DNA of 64,000 bases, from NCBI GenBank assembly GCA_946495675.1, contig CAMMDQ010000003.1, forward strand, positions 453 through 64,452, read 5' to 3'. Every line of letters starts with the position of its first letter. Within the stretch, counting starts at the first letter, position 1. The translations under genes and the position numbers were made by a program. Of this stretch, positions 58,739 through 64,000 are shown in pieces. The notes beneath the pieces were generated by a model. The model had not been told where the DNA came from, made no database searches, and worked only from the letters and a program-made list of their open reading frames with translations. This DNA is from an uncultured Bacillota bacterium (lineage in GTDB: Bacteria > Bacillota > Clostridia > Christensenellales > UBA1242).

Positions 58739-59665
58739 TTATTCATCATCTTTTTTGTCATCTTTTTTCTTGCCCATGTCTTCTTGGAAATCGTCAATCA
58801 CATCATCAGCCAGATCATCAAGCTGTTCTTCGTCAGTCATGATAGGTTCATTTTTGAGCATTTCAAGAAGTTCATCAAATTTCTTATCGAGATCATCTTC
58901 ATCAAGTGTTTCATCGTTTTCGATAAGTTCTTCCTCAGCAGGTTCTTCTGCTTGAGTTTCTTCAGTTTCTTCCTCAGTTTGTTCTTCGTCATCCTGTATC
59001 ATTTCTTGATCTTGAAAATCTGTTTCAGTTGATGGTTGCGGCTCTTCAAGTTCGCTTTCATCTTCAGTTTCTACGGATTCTTCAGTTTCTTCTGTGCTTT
59101 CAGTTTCTTCGTTTGACTCTACAGCAGGCTCTTCAAGAGTCAATTCATCTACTTCTTCGCTATTTTCAGTTTCTGCAGTTTGAGACATTTCTTCTAAATT
59201 TTCTTGCTGAGTGTTTTCTGGGATAACCAAAACTTCAGATTGTTTTACTTCTTGCAAAGGCTTTTCTTCGATTTCTTCAAGTTCTTGATTATCTTCATCT
59301 TCGTCTTCTTCGTCATCTTCTTGGGCTAAAGCATCAAGTTCTTCTTGTGTCATCAATTTTTTATTGCGTTTGTAAAGTGCAAATGCAACAACTGCAATCA
59401 TAACGCAAATCACAATTGAAATCAAAATGGCAATAATCAGAGCCAAAAACTCGCTAAATCCGTTGATGAACGAGAATATCAAGAAGAACCAGCTTATAAA
59501 GGCAATGAAAGGCATCAAAAGTAAAAGTAAAATTGCGCTGGTTGAAAATTTGATGGATTGAGTTTTTTTGATCGCGATGATTGCTGCAACTACAGCAAAT
59601 ACTGAGAAGATAACACCTAAAATAAATGCTGCAAGTTGAGATGTTGATAAGTTTTCAAAATTCAT
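58739..59665 (-). CDS. membrane protein with an extremely acidic (Glu/Asp-rich) ~200-aa tail
   Basis: Three to four TM helices in the first ~100 aa, then E/D/T/Q-rich low complexity. Confidence 0.6.
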   Translation of the reverse strand: MNFENLSTSQLAAFILGVIFSVFAVVAAIIAIKKTQSIKFSTSAILLLLLMPFIAFISWFFLIFSFINGFSEFLALIIAILISIVICVMIAVVAFALYKRNKKLMTQEELDALAQEDDEEDEDEDNQELEEIEEKPLQEVKQSEVLVIPENTQQENLEEMSQTAETENSEEVDELTLEEPAVESNEETESTEETEESVETEDESELEEPQPSTETDFQDQEMIQDDEEQTEEETEETQAEEPAEEELIENDETLDEDDLDKKFDELLEMLKNEPIMTDEEQLDDLADDVIDDFQEDMGKKKDDKKDDE

Positions 59666-59814
59666 ATTTTCCCTCCAATGTTAAGTCAATTTTATCACAC
59701 AAAACCATCTTTGTCAATATTGTTTTTAAAATTTTGCCATTAAAATTGTCAAATTATTAACAAATCAAACAAAAGATTTTGAAATTTTAACTGTTTGGGT
59801 TATACTATTTAAAA

Positions 59815-60747
59815 ATGGAAGAGCAAACAAAAGCTGAGAAGAAGCCCATCGACAAGAAAAAATTTTGGTTGATTGTTGGCGGTTCAATAATTGGCGTGGC
59901 AATAATTGTTGGAATATTGCTGGCTTTTTTGTTAAATTACAATTCAACTGCTCCAGACAAAGTGCAAATTACAAATCAAGAGCTTACATACTTTTCAATC
60001 AATGCAAACGACAATTATCATGGTTATCGATTTGTTTTTGAATCGGATAGCGACTCCATAACTGTCAATAGCGAGGAGAATGTCATATCGCAAAATGATA
60101 TAGAAGGGCTTGTTGCTGGTCGAAGATATCAAATTTCGGCATGTTATCTTGGTCAGTCAGAAGGGGCAAACAGTGATTACAGTCAGCCAGTCACTTGGAT
60201 TTGCACTTTCAAACTTGATTGCCCAGAGTTAGTTTATGACAATCATACCAATATTATTTCTTGGAATCCTATAGAAAATGCAGATTTTTATAATATTATC
60301 GTGATTTCAGGAAGTCAAACAAAAACCTTTGAACATGTCGCAACAAACAATTTTGACCTAAATCAAGTCGATGGGGGAATTGTCAAAGTTTATGTTAGCG
60401 CTTTATCTTCAAACCCTTATCTCTATCAAAGTGATTTTTCAACAGAATTTAGCACTGAATTTTATAAAACTTTTAAAAGTCTTGTGTCAGCAACACTTGA
60501 TAGAGAAACCTATATATTGACGATAGTGGGACAGCAAAGTTTGACTCATATTGATATTCAAATTAACTATACGTGGTATTCTTGCACCGTCACTCCAACA
60601 ATCACGGATGATCAATATGTTTTCCAAATTTCTTTAAGTGATTATGCATCAATCATTTCTCAAAGCACCCAAATTAATGTTAGACCAACAACCTTGGATG
60701 AATATAATGTATATATAGATACCCCTTTGAGCGTGGAAATTGTTTAA
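59815..60747 (+). CDS. single-pass membrane-anchored protein with Ig/FN3-like repeats
   Basis: N-terminal TM (FWLIVGGSIIGVAIIVGILLAFLL). The beta-rich extracellular part contains ISWNPIENADFYNIIV-type strands. Confidence 0.55.
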   Translation: MEEQTKAEKKPIDKKKFWLIVGGSIIGVAIIVGILLAFLLNYNSTAPDKVQITNQELTYFSINANDNYHGYRFVFESDSDSITVNSEENVISQNDIEGLVAGRRYQISACYLGQSEGANSDYSQPVTWICTFKLDCPELVYDNHTNIISWNPIENADFYNIIVISGSQTKTFEHVATNNFDLNQVDGGIVKVYVSALSSNPYLYQSDFSTEFSTEFYKTFKSLVSATLDRETYILTIVGQQSLTHIDIQINYTWYSCTVTPTITDDQYVFQISLSDYASIISQSTQINVRPTTLDEYNVYIDTPLSVEIV

Positions 60748-60813
60748 AAAAATTGTAAAATTGTTTTGTTTAACCGATAAAATGTGCTAGAATTATGATA
60801 GGAGTTGTTTAAC

Positions 60814-61110
60814 ATGAGATATGTTTACCCAGCAATATTTGTAAAAGATGAAGATTCAAGCTATAAAGTTTTGTTCCCAGATCTTGACTTACAAACTGAC
60901 GGGAAAATCATGGAAGAGGCATTTGTGTTTGCAAAAGGATTTTTAAAATCTTACTTTGTTTATGTTGAACTTTATGATATGGATTACAATCTGCCAACTG
61001 ATTATGAAACTTGTAAAAAGCAAAATAGTTTTGCCGACGAAATCATGCTTATTGATGCAGAAGTCGACAAAAATGACCTTAAAAATCCATCAAAATATTT
61101 TGAAAATTGA
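60814..61110 (+). CDS. HicB-like antitoxin-fold protein (no DNA-binding tail, no adjacent HicA)
   Basis: MRYVYPAIFVKDEDSSYKVLFPDLDLQTDGKIMEEAF matches the HicB N-terminal pattern (YPAIFE.DEDGGY.V.FPDLPGC.T.G.T.EEA). Confidence 0.55.
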   Translation: MRYVYPAIFVKDEDSSYKVLFPDLDLQTDGKIMEEAFVFAKGFLKSYFVYVELYDMDYNLPTDYETCKKQNSFADEIMLIDAEVDKNDLKNPSKYFEN

Positions 61111-61120
61111 CAACTTTTTG

Positions 61121-61149
61121 TTGACAAAACAATTTCGTTGTGTTAATAT
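61121..61149 (+). promoter_or_regulatory. promoter of the rpmG-secE-nusG operon
   Basis: TTGACA, 17 nt spacer, TAATAT. Confidence 0.5.
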
Positions 61150-61200
61150 CATACTAGCACTTCCTTGAACGGGGTGTTAGTTTTTTGTTAGGAGATGAAT

Positions 61201-61362
61201 ATGGCAGCACCAAAACGCAAAAATATCACACTTGCTTGCACAGAATGTCAAGAAAGAAACTATGCAACAAGCAAAAACACTACTGCAAACGCAGAGAGAA
61301 TTGAAATTAAAAAATTCTGCCCAAAATGTGGTAAAAGAACTGTGCATAAAGAAACAAAATAA
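61201..61362 (+). CDS. rpmG: 50S ribosomal protein L33; not in the ORF track
   Basis: Hand translation gives [53 protein letters not shown], with the CxxC...CxxC pattern. Conserved position before secE-nusG. Confidence 0.9.
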   Translation: MAAPKRKNITLACTECQERNYATSKNTTANAERIEIKKFCPKCGKRTVHKETK

Positions 61363-61374
61363 TTGGGGGATTCT

Positions 61375-61824
61375 ATGTCTAAAAAGAAAAAGTCGTCAAA
61401 AAACAAGTCTGGCAATGCAAAAAAGGTTTCTCAAAACTTGAATGATCAGCTTTCAACTCAAGTGCAAAATGAAATTGCAGAGTCGGAAGTTCAAGTCGAA
61501 AACAACGACTTGACTGCTGCAAAAGCTGCAGAAAATGTTGCAGAAACAAAAGTTGAACAGAAGAGAGAAACAAAAAAAGAGAAAGAATCCAAAGATAAGA
61601 ATGCGAAAAATGCAAAGGCTAAAAAAACACCAAAAGAAAAAGGAAAACTGAAAAGAAAAACCAAGGAGACTATTTCTGAACTTAAAAAGGTTACATGGCC
61701 AACATTTCCAGAAGTTGTCAAAAAAACTGGCGTGGTTTTGGTCGTTGTAATCATTTTTGCTATTGTAATTTTCGGCATTGATCTTTTGCTAGGTTTTTTG
61801 GTTGGACCAACAGGACTTATATAA
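61375..61824 (+). CDS. secE: preprotein translocase subunit SecE with a long Lys/Glu-rich N-terminal extension
   Basis: C-terminal ELKKVTWPT motif plus a single TM (VVLVVVIIFAIVIFGIDLLLGFLV). Synteny. Confidence 0.85.
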   Translation: MSKKKKSSKNKSGNAKKVSQNLNDQLSTQVQNEIAESEVQVENNDLTAAKAAENVAETKVEQKRETKKEKESKDKNAKNAKAKKTPKEKGKLKRKTKETISELKKVTWPTFPEVVKKTGVVLVVVIIFAIVIFGIDLLLGFLVGPTGLI

Positions 61825-61833
61825 GGAGCAATT

Positions 61834-62472
61834 ATGGAAGAAAAAGATTTAGAACAAACTCAGGTTGAGCAAGAGATGAAAGAGACTGATTCGGCTGCAG
61901 AAATTCAGAATGAGCAAGCTGCAGAAAAGCAAGAAAAAAGTTTGGCAGACACCATCCCTGCAAAGTGGTATGTTTTGCACACTTTTTCGGGCTATGAAAA
62001 TGTTGCAAAAAAGAATCTAGAAACTGTTGTAGAGAAATTCAATTTACAAGATCGTATTTTTGATATAGTTATTCCTATGGAGGATGTTGTTGAAGAAAAA
62101 AATGGCAAGAAAAAACTAGTTCAAAGAAAATCAATGCCTTGCTATATCTTTGTAAAAATGAAATATGGTGATGATCTTTGGCATAATGTTACTATTGCTC
62201 GTGGAATCACTGGCTTTGCAGGACCAAAGGGAAGACCTCTTGAACTTACTGATGAAGAAGTTATGAAAATGAAGCTTGAAAAAATTAAAGTCGAAGCCAA
62301 TGTTGAAGTTGGCGACACAATCGAAGTGATTGACGGACCACTTAGCGGCATGGTCGGAAAAGTTTCGGCAGTGAACACAGAAGCTGGCACGCTTACCGCT
62401 TTGCTTGAAATGTTTGGAAGAGAAACATCTGTTGAACTTGAATTTTCTCAAGTGCGTAAAGCTAATAAATAA
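61834..62472 (+). CDS. nusG: transcription termination/antitermination factor NusG
   Basis: NGN domain KWYVLHTFSGYENVAKKNLE and KOW motif GDTIEVIDGPLSGMVGKV. About 40 aa of acidic N-terminal extension. Confidence 0.95.
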   Translation: MEEKDLEQTQVEQEMKETDSAAEIQNEQAAEKQEKSLADTIPAKWYVLHTFSGYENVAKKNLETVVEKFNLQDRIFDIVIPMEDVVEEKNGKKKLVQRKSMPCYIFVKMKYGDDLWHNVTIARGITGFAGPKGRPLELTDEEVMKMKLEKIKVEANVEVGDTIEVIDGPLSGMVGKVSAVNTEAGTLTALLEMFGRETSVELEFSQVRKANK

Positions 62473-62482
62473 TTTCAAATTT

Positions 62483-62511
62483 AAGTTGTTGCAACATGCA
62501 GCAACTTTTTT
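62483..62511 (+). terminator. intrinsic terminator after nusG
   Basis: 10-bp stem aagttgttgc/gcagcaactt followed by a T-run. Confidence 0.65.
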
Positions 62512-62690
62512 ATAATGGAGATGCTTTTTAAACAAGGTTATCAAGCCATAATAAAAAATTTAATAAAGTTAAGGAAGCGTTCGTTAAATTATCTGGCAGC
62601 GGTGATTGTAAAATAACTTTTTGAAGAGGTCAAAAAGATCAATTAAGGTTATCTTTTATATATTTGGGGCAGACAAAGTTTTAAAATCAC

Positions 62691-62719
62691 TTGACAAAAG
62701 CAGAATAGATAATTATAAT
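62691..62719 (+). promoter_or_regulatory. consensus promoter for rplK-rplA
   Basis: TTGACA, 17 nt spacer, TATAAT, followed by an ~85-nt leader. Confidence 0.65.
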
Positions 62720-62806
62720 AGAAATGTTAAAACTCAGGTTTTAGCATTTTTTGTGGGAGATGGGAACTGCAACCCGTCAAATATACCACATATAAAGGAG
62801 GAAAAA

Positions 62807-63235
62807 ATGGCAGAAAAGAAAGTTGCAGCAATGGTAAAACTCCAGTTGCCTGCAGGTAAAGCCACTCCAGGACCACCAGTTGGGTCAACGCTTGGTCCAC
62901 ACGGAATCAATATTGCTGGCTTTACAAAAGAATTCAATGAGAAGACTGCTTCTCAAGCTGGACTTGTTATTCCAGTAGTGATCACTATCTATGCAGATAG
63001 ATCATTCAGTTTTGTGCTGAAAACTCCACCAGCAGCTGTTTTAATCAAAAAAGCTATTGGTCTTGACAAAGGTTCTGCAGCACCAAACAAAACAAAAGTC
63101 GGAACAATTACAAGAGCTCAAATCAAGCAAATTGCAGAGACAAAGATGCCTGACCTTAATTGCACAACAATCGAGTCAGCTATGAGCATGATTGAAGGCG
63201 CCGCAAAAAGTATGGGCGTCAGCGTTGTTGACTAA
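62807..63235 (+). CDS. rplK: 50S ribosomal protein L11
   Basis: [46 protein letters not shown]. The track ORF start at 62621 is spurious. Confidence 0.97.
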   Translation: MAEKKVAAMVKLQLPAGKATPGPPVGSTLGPHGINIAGFTKEFNEKTASQAGLVIPVVITIYADRSFSFVLKTPPAAVLIKKAIGLDKGSAAPNKTKVGTITRAQIKQIAETKMPDLNCTTIESAMSMIEGAAKSMGVSVVD

Positions 63236-63244
63236 GGAGGCATT

Positions 63245-63925
63245 ATGAAAGCAGGAAAAAGATATACTCAAGCACTTGAAGTCGTAAGACAAAAATCATT
63301 CAATGTTGACAGTGCTTTTGAAACTCTTTTAAGTTTGCCAAAAGCAAAATTTGATGAAACTGTTGAACTTCATGTTAGACTTGGCGTTGATGGAAGAAAT
63401 GCTGACCAACAAGTTCGTGGTGTGTGCATTTTACCAAACGGAACAGGTAAAAGCTTGAAAGTTTTGGTTATCGCAAAGGGCGATAAGGCTGATGCAGCTG
63501 CAAAAGCTGGTGCAGATTATGTTGGCGCAGAAGAAATTGTTGCAAAGATTCAAGGTGGATGGCTTGATTTTGATGTCTGCATTACCACTCCAGATATGAT
63601 GGGTGTTGTGGGCAGAGTTGCTAGAGTTTTGGGACCAAAAGGTTTGATGCCAAACCCAAAAAGCGGAACTGTTACAATGGATGTTGTTAAGGCAATCAAC
63701 GATGCAAAAGCAGGTAAAGTTGAATATAGACTTGACAAGACAAACAATGTGCATGTTATCATTGGTAAAGTAAGTTTTGGCAAAGAAAAACTTGTTGAAA
63801 ACTTTAATACAGTTATTGAAGCTTTGACAAAAGCCAAACCAGCTGCTGCAAAAGGCGTTTATTTCAAAAATGTTTCAATTGCAACAACAATGGGACCTGG
63901 TGTTAAAGTTACCATCACAGCTTAA
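63245..63925 (+). CDS. rplA: 50S ribosomal protein L1
   Basis: Typical L1 sequence ([24 protein letters not shown]...[15 protein letters not shown]). Confidence 0.97.
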   Translation: MKAGKRYTQALEVVRQKSFNVDSAFETLLSLPKAKFDETVELHVRLGVDGRNADQQVRGVCILPNGTGKSLKVLVIAKGDKADAAAKAGADYVGAEEIVAKIQGGWLDFDVCITTPDMMGVVGRVARVLGPKGLMPNPKSGTVTMDVVKAINDAKAGKVEYRLDKTNNVHVIIGKVSFGKEKLVENFNTVIEALTKAKPAAAKGVYFKNVSIATTMGPGVKVTITA

Positions 63926-63930
63926 AATTA

Positions 63931-63956
63931 AAGCAAGGCTTAGCCCTTGCTTTTTT
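63931..63956 (+). terminator. intrinsic terminator after rplA
   Basis: agcaagg-cttagc-ccttgct stem followed by a T-run. Confidence 0.7.
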
Positions 63957-64000
63957 TGTGCACTAACTACACAAATTTAAGAGATTTTTATAAAGTCTGT

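Overview
AT-rich chromosomal segment of a low-GC Gram-positive-type (Bacillota-like) bacterium, with no rRNA genes or CRISPR array. The standard genetic code applies: TGA, TAA and TAG all terminate conserved genes at the expected lengths. Most of the window is housekeeping. It holds rpoZ-priA-def-fmt-rlmN-rsgA-rpe, tmk, uvrC, hisS, helD, gyrA-gyrB, glnS, sigH-rlmB-mrnC-ychF, secA, rplJ-rplL and rpmG-secE-nusG-rplK-rplA. It also holds transporters (a ZIP family protein, an MFS-like protein, two ABC systems), alr and several lineage-specific membrane or low-complexity proteins, including a 1666-aa giant. The standout is a ~13.8 kb integrated element (27874..41842) inserted in the 3' half of an initiator tRNA-fMet gene and bounded by a 186-bp perfect direct repeat. 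It encodes a tyrosine integrase and five Xre HTH modules spread over three tandem genes. It also encodes a phiX-A-type HUH/Y-x3-Y rolling-circle Rep, a Zot/pI-like P-loop morphogenesis ATPase, a run of very small membrane proteins and two BspA-type LRR proteins. It has hairpin-rich non-coding regions and no capsid, terminase or tail genes. I read it as an inovirus-like (filamentous ssDNA phage) prophage carrying extra cargo: a DNA methyltransferase, a PemK/MazF-like gene and a candidate convergent small RNA. All functional calls come from reading motifs and gene order by eye. No database search was run, so family assignments are hypotheses to be confirmed by HMM or structure searches.
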